From: Marsupella aquatica | Taxonomy: Eukaryota > Plantae > Marchantiophyta | Length of the DNA: 64,000 nt | Direction of reading: 5' to 3' | Assembly (NCBI GenBank): GCA_973895155.1 | Contig: OZ316892.1 | Span: forward strand, 6,617,251-6,681,250 | Position numbers and translations under genes: made by a program | Notes under the pieces: generated by a model | What the model was told of the DNA's origin: nothing | Database searches by the model: none | Seen by the model: only the letters and a program-made list of their open reading frames with translations | Shown here: positions 50,258 through 62,239 of the stretch, piece after piece | Position numbering within the stretch: the stretch's first letter is position 1 | Layout of the letters: every line of letters starts with the position of its first letter

Positions 50258-50470
50258 CGTGCGATCCTAGCCTAATATAAATAGATCTATTTTATAAAGA
50301 AAATAATCCAAGAATATTTTATTTTTTAATATTAATAGTCTATTTTACTTTATAAGAGGTATATTATAGAATATTTTTATAAGCATGAGTTTATACTACC
50401 TTCTTTGGCCTCCTATGCTTTTTAAAAATTAAGTTAATTTTTATCAAAAATATTTATTTTGGATCGCACA
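50258..50470. mobile_element. MITE-like element
   Basis: Extremely AT-rich ~210 bp bounded by CGTGCGATCC / GGATCGCACA (9/10 inverted match). The TIR core resembles that of 11231-11464. Confidence 0.5.
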
Positions 50471-50574
50471 CGGTTCCTAAGATTTTTGATAGTCAACCCC
50501 CCAAGACCAGTATCCTCTTGTCAATTGGGCCCAGATTGTCAATATCTCCATCTTGTGGACTTTCCTTTGGAATA

Positions 50575-51667
50575 TTTTTTGTTTTATAAATAAGCAAGCC
50601 ACGAAAACCCCGTGGCAGGGGGAAGCAAGCAAAACACGTCAAGTAACAGCTCCCACCAGAACCAGCAAAAGCCAGACCAGTACAGCCCAAGGGCACATAC
50701 GAAACATAAACATCCCACACCCTGCAGCGGAAACATCAGTCCACAGGGGCAAGACACCTGAAGAACCAAAAACAGTCCATCCACCCCAATGTCAATACCG
50801 GGTGACCGATGTCACCCACCCATCACGTCAGCTGAGCCATACCACTCTTTCTACGTTTAGTTGTTCGCGTGCACAAAGTAATCTACTGTGTCTTATGTTT
50901 CGGGGCAGACCCTGTCCAACAGCAGCAACATGGTCCAAGGCCTCCGAAAGCAAAAACCTAAAGTCAAATCTACGCGTACCCGCTACCTGAAACATATGCT
51001 CATTCCTATCAGTCCACAGCATCCATAGCATCTGATAAAGCACAAACATTTTCACTACTTTCATGGGTTCTCTCCCCATCGCAGAATCCAGCAGCCCGAC
51101 CAATCCAACTGGGAAGTTAGCCAACAAACCCCCAAAACTATCTGCGCACACCAGCCAGCACTTCCTTGCATGTTCACAGAGCATAAATAAATGCGGAAGT
51201 GATTCACAATCTCTAGGACAAAGCTTGCATTGCCCTGAACCCTTGCCAATGCGAGCAGCTCTCACTCCTGTAAAAAGTCCTGAAGCCAACACCCGCCAGA
51301 TAAAGGTCTTGGCACGTGTTGACAAATCCGATCTCCATATCCCTGCCCAACCTTCTCTCCATTCTGCCTCCGACTTGTTCGTACCCCAGGTACGGTTCAG
51401 GCTCACATAATCCGTAGCATTTGGATGTAGAAATTGATATGCTCGTACATTAGTGAGTTTGAATTCTTTTAGCATCCCAGGCTTATCAGCCCACCTCCAA
51501 CAGACTGGTCCAGGAACATAGTCAACCTGGCAGGACCCGATTTCCATGATCCTCTCACCAAAATCCCTGCACTTCACCTGCTGAACCGCTGAGAGTCCCT
51601 TGTGGACTTTGGATTGCAGTTTTTTCTTTACTTGGGTTGCCTTTGCTAAGGTCCTGGCTAGGGTCAT
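50575..51667 (-). mobile_element. 5'-truncated L1-type LINE: C-terminal zf-RVT region of ORF2 plus 3' UTR
   Basis: ORF 50828-51667 has the zf-RVT signature (W..IW.....RAKTFIWR...GLFTG.R......C.LC....ESLPHLFMLC..AR.CW...LWMLWTDRN..MF), followed by a pyrimidine-rich UTR and an A-rich tail. Confidence 0.85.
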
Positions 51668-52729
51668 CTCTCCAGGCTAGGGAATTGCCATTCTACCTAC
51701 AGGGTGGGGCAAATATGATCGCTAGTCTGGCTGCCTAAAGTTTCTATGGGGCAGCCACTTTGCCTACAATTTGAATTTATCTTGAAAGGAATACTTTACT
51801 TGTATGAAAAATAAAAACCAGTAAAACATGGAGTAAAACAAGGCCAAATCAAAACAAAGATCAAGGACCAAAGCATCACCCAAAGATCAAACGAATACAA
51901 TCCCAAGGACAAGGGCCAAAACGGGAACTAAAGTGGAACATGACAACCTATCATGCACACTGAAACTAAAAAACAAAGCGAGGACTGACTCAGCCCCTAA
52001 GAACAGAGAGAGAAAACACTAATCACTGCAAAGTGAACAACTGTCTCAAGGCAAAAATCCATAGCGGATTAACCATCTGCGAACAAAGCAAAAAGAAACT
52101 TACATACTACTCACCTTGATAGTAAACTCATGGAGGGTCAAAAGTCCAAAGTGGTGTGTAATCAACAATGAAAGTACTAGCCTTGATTTTATATCACCGC
52201 CCTTCTTGACCAAAATCCTGGGCCATCCTCCCAATCAAATCAAGTCTGTCACCTCCAACCACTGCAATACGATCAAGACCTTGATTCCAAGCAGCCTTCG
52301 TATTCAATGGAAGCTCCTTCCATATAATGATTTGAATACCCACAATCGCAATTCATACATTCTCTTTTACAATTTGAATTCCTTTGGAAAAAATAGTAGT
52401 GGTATTGTACTCACATCGGGGTATGGCTAAGTTCTCAAGCTATAAGCTTCGATGTGATCCCTATCCTAAACCTTTTGCTCCCATAGGATGTCCAAACTTG
52501 TAATCATTCTAACTAGGATAACATGAATCTAGAGTAAAAAACTTATGATTGCAGTACTAAGTATATTCTAGGAGTCCTATCCAGGTTTGAAGGTTTGGAT
52601 AGAGATCCTCTTCGAGCTTCTTCTTTTTAAAATTCAATCCGAGCATATGACTCCTAAGTTACCATAAAGGAATGTGGTAGTATCTAATTCACATATTTAC
52701 CTTATCTAATTGTGTGTACTATCTAAAAA

Positions 52730-55312
52730 CTGAAACTCCCCTAGACCACAATGTTTGACAAGGTGCTCAGATTGGCCATTGTAACCCATGTGGACTACTT
52801 TGAAATGTCAAGTTATAATGCAAGGAGGGCATATATTGTGGGATTTCTCCCAATCCTTGATTTCCATGAGTGTAATGATCTTTAGATAGTAAGTAATCTT
52901 TGTCTAGTTTATTATAAAAGGTGCAATTATTGTGTTGTTGGCTTATATTGCGTAAAGTGTAGCTATACTGTGCATTGCTTGCTCCTCCTATTGCATTGTA
53001 TAAGCTAGAGTGGGAATCCTCATCCCAACGGACCTATTTTTGGTGCCTTGAAAATTTAAAAACCATCAGTATCTTCGAAGCATGCAATCTACAAACGAGC
53101 ATTATAGCCATGATGACATGGATTTGATGGTTTTTAAGACCTCCTATGACTTTTTCTTATGAGGGTTTTTGTCCTCCTGCAAACTAAAAACAACTGACCC
53201 TAATTAAGAATGGAAACCTAGAGTTGAAAAAGAGGCAAACTGATGGGGGCACATACTCCCCACCAAGTCATCAAAGTTCAATTTGGTGACCGACTCCACA
53301 TAAATGATGTCATCACGAACAATAAAGGAATATTTGGGGTTGACTTCATATTTGGATCAGGTGCTCACTGAACACGCAAGCTACACTACAAACTTGGTTT
53401 GCCACCCTTTTAGATGACCATTGTCTTCCAATGACATTACATTTTTCAAGACTTAATTTTGTTTATCTACAGTAGGTACGATTTCCCTGATTATATGTAG
53501 CCCTGAAGATGTTAACACCCTGACATGTCATGCATTAACAGACTCAAACTGGACACTTTAAACACCAGCGTCTTGATAAAAATGTCCAATTTCATAATTA
53601 TTTTGACAATATGAGTTACAGAAATTACACCTTTGCTAACATGTAGCTTATAATTGCAAGGCAACTTCCTTGAGCACTGGTTCTAGTTCAAGAACACTAT
53701 TCATATCTCCTTTCAAGGTACTCATGGTGGGTTGCATGGAATCGCCGTCCTTTAAGTTCAGGGATGCAAAGTTTTTTGATGCAATTTGGTCTAGAATTTG
53801 GTCCTGGACCATCTCTCCATCATTGCTCCATTTTTTGAAAGCTGCTCGTTGAAGTTCAGATAAACCTCCCTCATAAGGGATCCTTGGTGATGCACATTTA
53901 GAGCTCCCATTTGGGTCAAAATCTTGGATGGCTTTCAGACGTTGGAGTTCTAGAAAGTACAGGTACATTTTTTGTGGTCTGCATAAGTCGGCGGCATCGC
54001 CTGTCTCGCCACCTGGAATAGATTGTAAAAATTTGTATTTAGTGGGTTTGTCTGGGAGACCCAAAGAAACAGGTCCTTTACAATCACATGACTCAAAAGA
54101 TGGGGCAAAAATTGCAGTTGATTTTGCCATTCCATGAGATTAAACTGAAACGTATTTAACTTTGGAACACTCGCTTTCAGCATATTTTTAGCCCAAATCC
54201 CATTGGAAGGAATAATGCAATAAGGTGTGATAATTTAGTATAGGTTCTTAGATAGATCACACAGTTACTTAAAGTGTAGAAACATGAGATAGTGTAATAA
54301 GGAGTCCCTTTAATATGTTTTTTTGTATATTCTATTAGATAGTCACAGAGTTAGTGGAAGCTGGAATGTAATTGGAGTCTTAATCATCTCTGAACTATTT
54401 GCATTATTAGGTATGAAGAGGAACCTCAAAATATCACTTGAGTTTTCTCCCGAGTTTTCTCCACAACTTAATTATCCTAGCTTAATGTGAATATCATAAC
54501 CATTGAAAATCACATTCCAGATTGGAGTGACTGTGTGAATCCATTATGATATGTTATATTTTAGTTCAATGAACTTGAAAATATCATCTATCACCCATGA
54601 ACCATCTTAACCAGTTAGAGCATCCTTTACGAAGTTTATTTCTTTTGACAAATCCTAGTATTTTGCGACCCTTTTAACTAGCAGTGCATCTTGACTGATG
54701 CCTCACTGCTACAACTGGCAAAAAGTTTATACTGTATCAATAGAATGGCAAAGTACTTTTCACGAAGATAAATGAGGTTACCATAGAGTAAATTTTAACT
54801 TACACTCAACAAAGCAATTTACCCTTGTTATCTTACAAGTCGTTGTGGGAGTTTACATTGCAAAAAGTGACTGGTTTGAGTGTACCTACACTTTGAGTAC
54901 TTGTTTTATGCACTGTTACAAAAATCCATTTGATAATAACCTTTTTAATATTCTAAGGATCACTAGATATATATGTATGATTGTGTGTACCTTCATTGTC
55001 GCCCTCAAAACAATAATTGTGTACAAGATCTACATGGGCAGGTTTGCAAGGGTTTGTTGGCATATCCATATGTGATTGACTAGCATTGGGTGATTCCTGC
55101 CTTCCACTAAGGTTCAGCAAAACATCCACATTGCCGTCCTCTCGGATGTTAAGAGTGACATCTACATGACAATCAAAATCTCCTCCTCCTACAGTATAGG
55201 TTGGATGGCTTCTTAGTTGCACCTCCATCTTATTCGTTGAGTCTTTCCATTGTTCAAAGGCTGCTCTTTGGAGCTCTGATAAAGTGCTGGACTCCTTACT
55301 TGGTGCAGCCAT
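52730..55312 (-). pseudogene. Decayed gene of unknown family with a repeated LSELQRAAF motif
   Basis: ORFs 54953-55312 and 53648-54130 share LSELQRAAF(E/K)(Q/K)W with six synonymous differences. The frames continue through scattered stops down to ~52730. Confidence 0.55.
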
Positions 55313-55440
55313 ATGTGTTTCTCTTCAAATTTGAAGTGAATTTGTATTTACTTTCTGTGCTCTTCAATGTGTAAGTTTTGTTTTGTGAAATTGGAATATT
55401 ATGGAAATACACAATACATTTGATTTGGAAGTCAGTAAAT

Positions 55441-57360
55441 ATGAAAGGTCGAATTTCAGCACTTGTTGTAGGCCTGTTTTGTCTTGTATTGCACTCAAAA
55501 TAAGTTTAAATCTTAGGTACATAATCTACACGATTGTGGTTTAGTTACGTTACACATTCTACACATTACAAACCGATCTGCTACATACCTTTGTTGACCT
55601 GAATGTCAGGAACTATCAAAATATTTGCCATATGCCATTTTATACCTTGCTTATGCACAAACTTTCCTGAAATGATGAGACTCAGCCCAAGAGAAATTCC
55701 AAACCGCTGTTCTTGGCATGACCTTTGTGACTGTGCAATTATGAAAATTTCCCCTTTCTTTGTTGCAAGGAAACTCAACCCTTTCATGTAGATTACCCTT
55801 AGCTCTTCCGGTTGATGTGGTCTGAATGATGATTACATGCATCTATTTTAGTTCTACTGGGTTACCTATACCTATCCCACACATCTCAAACAAAAGTATA
55901 GGGGGCTATGAATTCATTCCCCTGTTTAAGCATTATGACGCTCCACCTTAGCTATTAGTTACAGATAGTTATATGTAGGTGTGTCAACAATGCTATGTTT
56001 TGACCCTTACATTTTGGAAAGTTGGATATTGGTTTCACAAACTCAGCTGCTCACTTTAGTTCTTTTCAAATCAAGATTCAAGCTAGATAGAGTATTTTGG
56101 AAAATGTTTCACGAATCTAAAGACTATAGGTGTTGGTCTCATCTTTCACAACTTCTCTTGTGGATTTTCAGAGCTACTAGTATTGTGGAATCAACATTTG
56201 AACCAATACTGTTGGATTATCTGAAAACCATGATGTCTTCCCAACTGATATGCTACAAATTAGTCTGAACCAATATTTTTTTGAAAGCACCCTAGAGCCT
56301 TCAACTAAAAATGCATCCACTATTTGTGAGAGATTGCAATTTAAAGATACAAAGAGACATAGATTATGAAAGCTTGAGTAAAATTGGCTCAAAGTTTAGA
56401 CACATCTGACAGTATCTGTAAGAGAGTACTGCACTCAACACAGTTGATCTCAATCATGATGTGAACATGGGGGATAATTATGCTAGAATCCACATTTTAT
56501 TGCATATCAGCTATATCGTGAAGGTTTCTATTGATCAGAATTACACCGTTGATTTGAAGCGATGTGGATGTCATTTAACCAAGATGAAGGACTCATCCTT
56601 TCAAATTTTGTTTTGCAATATAGATGTTTGTTTCCACAAACAAGGTAAGTTAAGCAACTTGCCAAAACCCTGAAATAGAATATCACTTAAATCTCAACTT
56701 CAAATTAAAAAGGCTCTTACAGGGTGATATCATTAAGATGTACATTTTTAATGGTTGATTAATAGGAGGGCTTACAATTGAGATTTCTCTTTTCTAATTC
56801 AGCGTGCCCCTTAACAATGTCCACAAATTTGCCCCAAGTCACCTTATTCTTTCTGGATGCTTGAGTGTCACCTCATTTGTATTCCCCAAGAATCTAATAA
56901 GAATAGATGATGTCAAGTTAGTGAGAGGACAAATGGTTGCAATAAAAAATGTGTACCTTAGCAATCCAAAGAGCCTAAGATATCCAAATTAGCTCAAGAG
57001 TTGCATCTTTTGCTACCATATGTGGTGCCTCTTGCATCCCATTGGCATCCATTCATCATAGTTGTTTTTTAAAATGGGGTCTTAGGGTGGCTTTACAAGA
57101 TGTTGGGCCCATTGTATTCTCTTTATTCACATTAGTAAAGCTGGACCGTACAATGAGTGGGTTACAGACTGCTTTACATGAACTTGGGCGCCTATTCAGG
57201 CGTGGTGTTTACTACTCTTACATGGGAAGTAATGGGCCCAAGTACACACAGTGTGGAGTGCTTATTTCATCTAGAATTCCAAACCACCTCCACAGGTGGT
57301 TCAAACATTTCAGAAGTTTGGCTCCTCATTCCAGGGATTTGCATTTATGATATTCCTTAA
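55441..57360 (+). pseudogene. Possible decayed gene divergent from the LSELQRAAF gene
   Basis: The ATG at 55441 and ORFs 55603-55791, 55981-56268 and 56461-56673 share one frame. A GTAAGT...TTCTCTTTTCTAATTCAG intron-like segment lies at ~56645-56802. Confidence 0.3.
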
Positions 57361-58986
57361 AAAAAAAAATAGGTCAGGAGTCTATGTTCAGAACAAAAAT
57401 GGTCCTCCAGTTTGCCTAGGTAGAAAGAAGTCATAAGCACCCCTGCCCCCACACCCCACTCTGAAATATGAAAAAAGTCCAAAGTACTCATTTATTAGAC
57501 TACCTAGGTGGCCCCTGATAATCAATTGTAATCTCCCAGACCTTCACAACACTGCTCACTCCTAGATTTAAAGACGTGCTTATTCACCTTGCAACCCAAC
57601 ATTCCCATAACTTAATTGGCAGCGATCCCCAGTGTTGAGGCTAATTAATGCTACTAGCCCGAAATTTGACTGGCCGCTGCCAGATCTTGTTAATGTGCGA
57701 TTTGTTGAGTAATTAAGTCCTAGAATCATCAACAGCTATTTCTTTCTTCAGCCTGCATGGTCGAAAAAGAAGCCCCATCACATCCACTGTTGTCCAAACT
57801 TGGATGGACTTTTACAACCTGGATGGAATCACAGCATGTGTTCCAATAATATTATCTACGACTGTTCTAACGTATTTTTCTGTACGTTCATACATCGCTT
57901 CCTCTGTGATTCCATCTAGATATGTGCTTGACAACCTAGCTACTGCCGGGGCATTATTTTCCTGAATGGTCACTCATTCTTTGGCAGAGAAAACCGGGAG
58001 CTACCATGAACAGCATTTAATCAAACTCCACTTTGCGAGGATAGGAGGTCTCAGATCAAATTACTTCTGGCCCATATACTAAGATATTCAAAACAATGTA
58101 AATACAGAAGTCACGGTCTTCAACTCACAATCCTCTATCAAATCACACTGCCTACACAAGAAGTCACTGTCAATCCTCTATCATGACCCACTACCTACGC
58201 AGAGGAGCTATACTGCCCGTACTATATCACTCTGCGTATCAGAGGACTATTTCCGACCTGATACTAGTTCGGGTGTGACTGAATGTCTTCTGTACGGTAA
58301 ACGAAGGACCAAAAATCAACATTCAATAACAAAAGCTCAATGCTATATGTCACCAATGGCAACTGTGGCGTTCCGGTACAAATTTTGCCAGAATTGTTTT
58401 GACCATCAAGCATTGCAGATAGCACACCTCACCACCCTGACAGGTGTGAGAGAGCTTTGAGGACTTGATCCATGGTTCACTGTGCAATTTTAGCGACAAT
58501 TGAGAAACCAAATCCAGTTGAGGTAGTACAATAGACTAGGGAAGATTCTTATTTTTTTCCCCTTCTAGCAATTAAAAGTAAAGGGAAATACTTAAAAAGG
58601 TGAAGACTTGACGCAGCGAGGGAGAAATGAGCCCTGGGAGTCTCCGGACAAAAATGGATTCCACAAGGAATGAGGTATCCGGAAACCAGGACCGTGTACT
58701 ATGGAACTGTCTGACCTTGGGTAACCTACAAACAGCTTGAATCTAAATTTCCAAACCGTTAGCTCCATTGCCAACTTTCCCCCCTGTTTGATCTATCTAG
58801 AGTCTAGAACAAGACAATTCCTAAACCACATTTAATGTGATTCTCTCATACAATACAAAGAGGTTACCGCCAAAAAGTTCTTACCTACGGTGGTAGAAAT
58901 TGGTCAGTATGCTGCTTGCTCAAAGTGGACACACTATCTCCTCCACTTGTATATTTGAAATCTAAACCTGACTTTTTCTTTCAGAT

Positions 58987-61036
58987 TTAGTTTGGAGCTT
59001 CCCAGTAGACAATTTGTGCGTCAGGAACTCCTGCTTCAGCTAATAGGCTCCTGACCTCCTCCGTTCTAGAGCTCTCCACAGCCACAACCACCCCTGTTGT
59101 TAATGGATCATACTCAATATCATCCTCATCCCACAGGTTGGTGAAGGAACCTTCATAGCCACTCCAATCCTCTCCATCTGAGTTTTCCACAATAGTTCGG
59201 ACTTTGATAGCTTTCTTCTGCTCCCACTTCGAGTACAGAGCCTGCAATGAAACAAGATGACACCCTTAAAGGCCACTTCAAGCCCATTTGTCAAGAGCAA
59301 AGGCACCAGTTGGAAGGATTGCGGGTGCAATTGCCATTTACACTACTGTTTATCAAATTACGGGTCTGCTACAGTACCTTATATGCCAAGAGACTTGGCG
59401 TGGGAGCAGAATAATAGAGCCGCACGTCTTCACGAAGCCCCAAGTTAAGCGTGCCCGTATCTGCGTCCTTTGCCTCAAGTATGGCCCGGGCAACTGCTAT
59501 GCCGTTACCTTGAGCAAACAAAAGAATTGTTGGATAGCGTGACAAGAACATAATTGGCCTCAAGTCTAGCCCTGTAGCACCAAAGGGTCCCAATTCCACC
59601 TCGCTACCTGTGTCATTCATCAAGTCCACCAACCGATCAAATTCTAATTTGTGAGTAGAATTATAACAATGACAGGAAAGTTCAAAGGAATTTTGTCTAC
59701 CCGGCCAAACGACACCTTGCGACCACTATAAGGTGTGACAGAGCCTCTCCCATTCCCTCAAGACGGTTGTCTCTTTGCCTCGGACCTCCATCGTCATAAC
59801 TAAATATCTACAGTGCTTGTTTACAAGTTCAAGGTTGAAGACTCGAACAGAGAAGATTAGGTAGTTGACCCTCTTCTTACAAATCCATCCAAAACAATTA
59901 AATCTTCCATATTACCTGCACTGATGAAAGGGAGACCACATCTAGCAAGGCAATTTTGTGGCTTGTCAGAAGCAATCCAGCCTGAGAGAGAGAATACTAC
60001 GCGCTAAATGCTGCACGAGGTATGGCCAGAGTTTAGGGATGAAAAGGACCTTCTTCAAGATGGAACAAATTGGGGGACTTTGCTTCTGTTACGTGAAGAT
60101 CCAGGGGTGCTTTGGCAGATAACGAGAACGCAGGCAGCTTTGTTGTTCCGGCAGGAATATCTCCCCTAATCTTCAATAGAACCGCATAATTGATCTCATC
60201 CGAAAATGGTGCACTCGAAGGTGGCACTTGTTGCACTTCTTCACCAACTTTGACCTCGACAAGTTGACCTGGCTTTCTGTAGGCCTTGTCAAGCTTCACA
60301 AACTGCAAATCCAAAAATTGAGTTGAGGAGATTTCATTCACTATTCAACATAGAAAATGGGCCTATCTGCCCATTCACTAAACATTCGCACGGGACAAAA
60401 GGAACAAATGTGCTAAAGCTAGAGGGATCAAAGTGGCACTCTACCACCAGACAAGGCTTACAAAGGTGGTCAGGTGACTCCCATAAATGCTTCCTCAACC
60501 GAGTACCATAGAATGGACGGCTCCAAAGGACCGATAAAAGACTACTGTTTGAAGCAAAAACGACGCTCTCAAGCCCCCCTCGGTGAAATTCTGTCCCATA
60601 CCTCTCTGGAGCACTCAGCAACGAGAGTGATGCAGCGGACACCGCACGCCACATCCTCCACTTTGGCCACTGTGGCAGTGTGCCAGTCCTGAGGTGTGAC
60701 AACCTCTGTCTCCGAGATAGCGAAGCTCTTTTCTTCTTTCTGCTTCTCTAGACCCTCTTTCCTGGCCTCGTCAAGAGCAGTCGACCCAGAAACACTCATG
60801 GCCAAAACCCTCCCCGGCCTAGGACCCACAGCGCCATTCTTCATCGCCGTCGTCCTCCTCTGGAACCGGACCGATAAGCCCATGCTGAAAACCTCCCCCC
60901 CGGCAAGCCGAGCTGCTGCCGCTACGACATTCGTCTGTCTCCCATCGGAGCTCAGAGAACTCGCCCCAACACCACCCGCCGCGCCTGATGGGCACTTGCA
61001 CACGGCCCCTACCTGCAAAGATCTCAAAGCCTCCAT
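58987..61036 (-). CDS. Plastid-targeted FNR-like FAD/NAD(P)-binding oxidoreductase (fruit protein pKIWI502-like), 4 exons
   Basis: Phase-consistent GT-AG exons 60602-61036, 60050-60302, 59378-59607 and 58987-59241. Ser/Ala/Gly/Arg-rich transit-peptide-like N-terminus; motifs WHTATVAKVE, AYRKPGQLVEVKV, VELGPFGATGLDL, TILLFAQGNGIA, DVRLYYSA...LAYK, YDPLTTG. Confidence 0.85.
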
Positions 61037-61409
61037 TTCCCAAGAGACTCAGCAGAACCCGAATCGGAAGAGAAAATTCTCGCCAGGGCCGAGCAACGAA
61101 CAACAAAGACAGAGATCTCAACAATGCGGAAACCAAAGCAAGCGATTCTTGAGTCTCTTGCTTTCCATAGCACAAGGCCTCCGCCACAGTCGATAGAACA
61201 GACGAGCTCGAGCCCGAACACGCAGAGGAAACTCTTAATTCAGAGAGGAAGCGAGACCGATATTCGAACGGGATCGTCCATTCAGTTCGCTTCAGGAGTC
61301 GACAGAGCACTGAGTGGATAAACCTCCGATCCCTTCGGAAGATTTCTCGACGAAACAAACCCAAAAGCAATCTACCAGGGCTGCCAAACGCTTTCCTACT
61401 GTCTCAGGG

Positions 61410-62067
61410 TGTTTATAGCTTCAGATAGTACTAGAAAGAGAGAAACCTGGTCTTAGGATGCTTCATAGTTTCATTTCAGATAGTACTGTAAAGAGGAGAA
61501 ACCTGGTCTTTGGATTGTTTGTAGTATCAGATAGTACTATGAAGAGAAAAACCTGGTCTTAGGATGTTTCGTAGCTTCAGATAGTACTAGAAAGAGAGAA
61601 ACCTGGTCTTAGGATGTTTTATAGTTTCAGGTAGTACTAGAAAGAGAGAAACCTGGTCTTAGAATGCTTCATAGTTTTACTTCAGATAGTACTGTAAAGA
61701 GGAGAAACCTGGTCTTTGGATTGTTTGTAGTTTCAGATAGTCCTATGAAGAGAGAAACCTGGTCTTAGGATGTTTAGTAGCTTCAGATAGTACTAGAAAG
61801 AGAGAAACCTGGTCTTAGGATGCTTCATAGTTTCATTTCAGATAGTACTATAAAGAGGAGAAACCTGGCCTTTGGATTGTTTGTAGTTTCAGATAGTACT
61901 AGAAAGAGAGAAACCTGGTCTTAGGATGTTTTGTAGCTTCAGATAGTACTATGAAGACAGAAACCTGGTCTTAGGATGTTTCATAGTTTCAGGTAGTACT
62001 AGAAAGAGAGAAAACCTGGTCTTAGGATGCTTCATAGTTTCATTTCAGATGGTACTATAAAGAGGAG
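61410..62067. repeat. Tandem array of 50/56-bp units x ~13 with higher-order structure
   Basis: TAGYTTCAGATAGTACTAGAAAGAGAGAAACCTGGTCTTAGGATG; ACCTGG anchors at 61445, 61501, 61551, 61601, 61651, 61707, 61757, 61807, 61863, 61913, 61963 and 62014. Confidence 0.95.
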
Positions 62068-62167
62068 CTCCATTGAGTAAGAAGTGTTGTTTTCTACGGA
62101 GTAAGTTACAGGGACTCTCACTAGAGCCTACATTTGAATTGATTTGAATCAATGTAATCCATTTCAA

Positions 62168-62239
62168 CCCCAATAGCATGATTGATGAGTAACTTGTGGT
62201 AGCCCCTAATAGCATGATTGATGAGTAACTTGTGGTAGC
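62168..62239. repeat. Short tandem duplication (~36 bp x 2)
   Basis: AATAGCATGATTGATGAGTAACTTGTGGTAGC present twice. Confidence 0.85.

Noticed and set aside
55400-55414. TAATATTCC on the minus strand, resembling the geminivirus nonanucleotide between divergent ORFs
   Set aside because: One mismatch, no flanking GC stem-loop, and no Rep motifs in either frame.
61410-62067. CRISPR-like appearance of the 50-bp array
   Set aside because: Contiguous tandem units without variable spacers.
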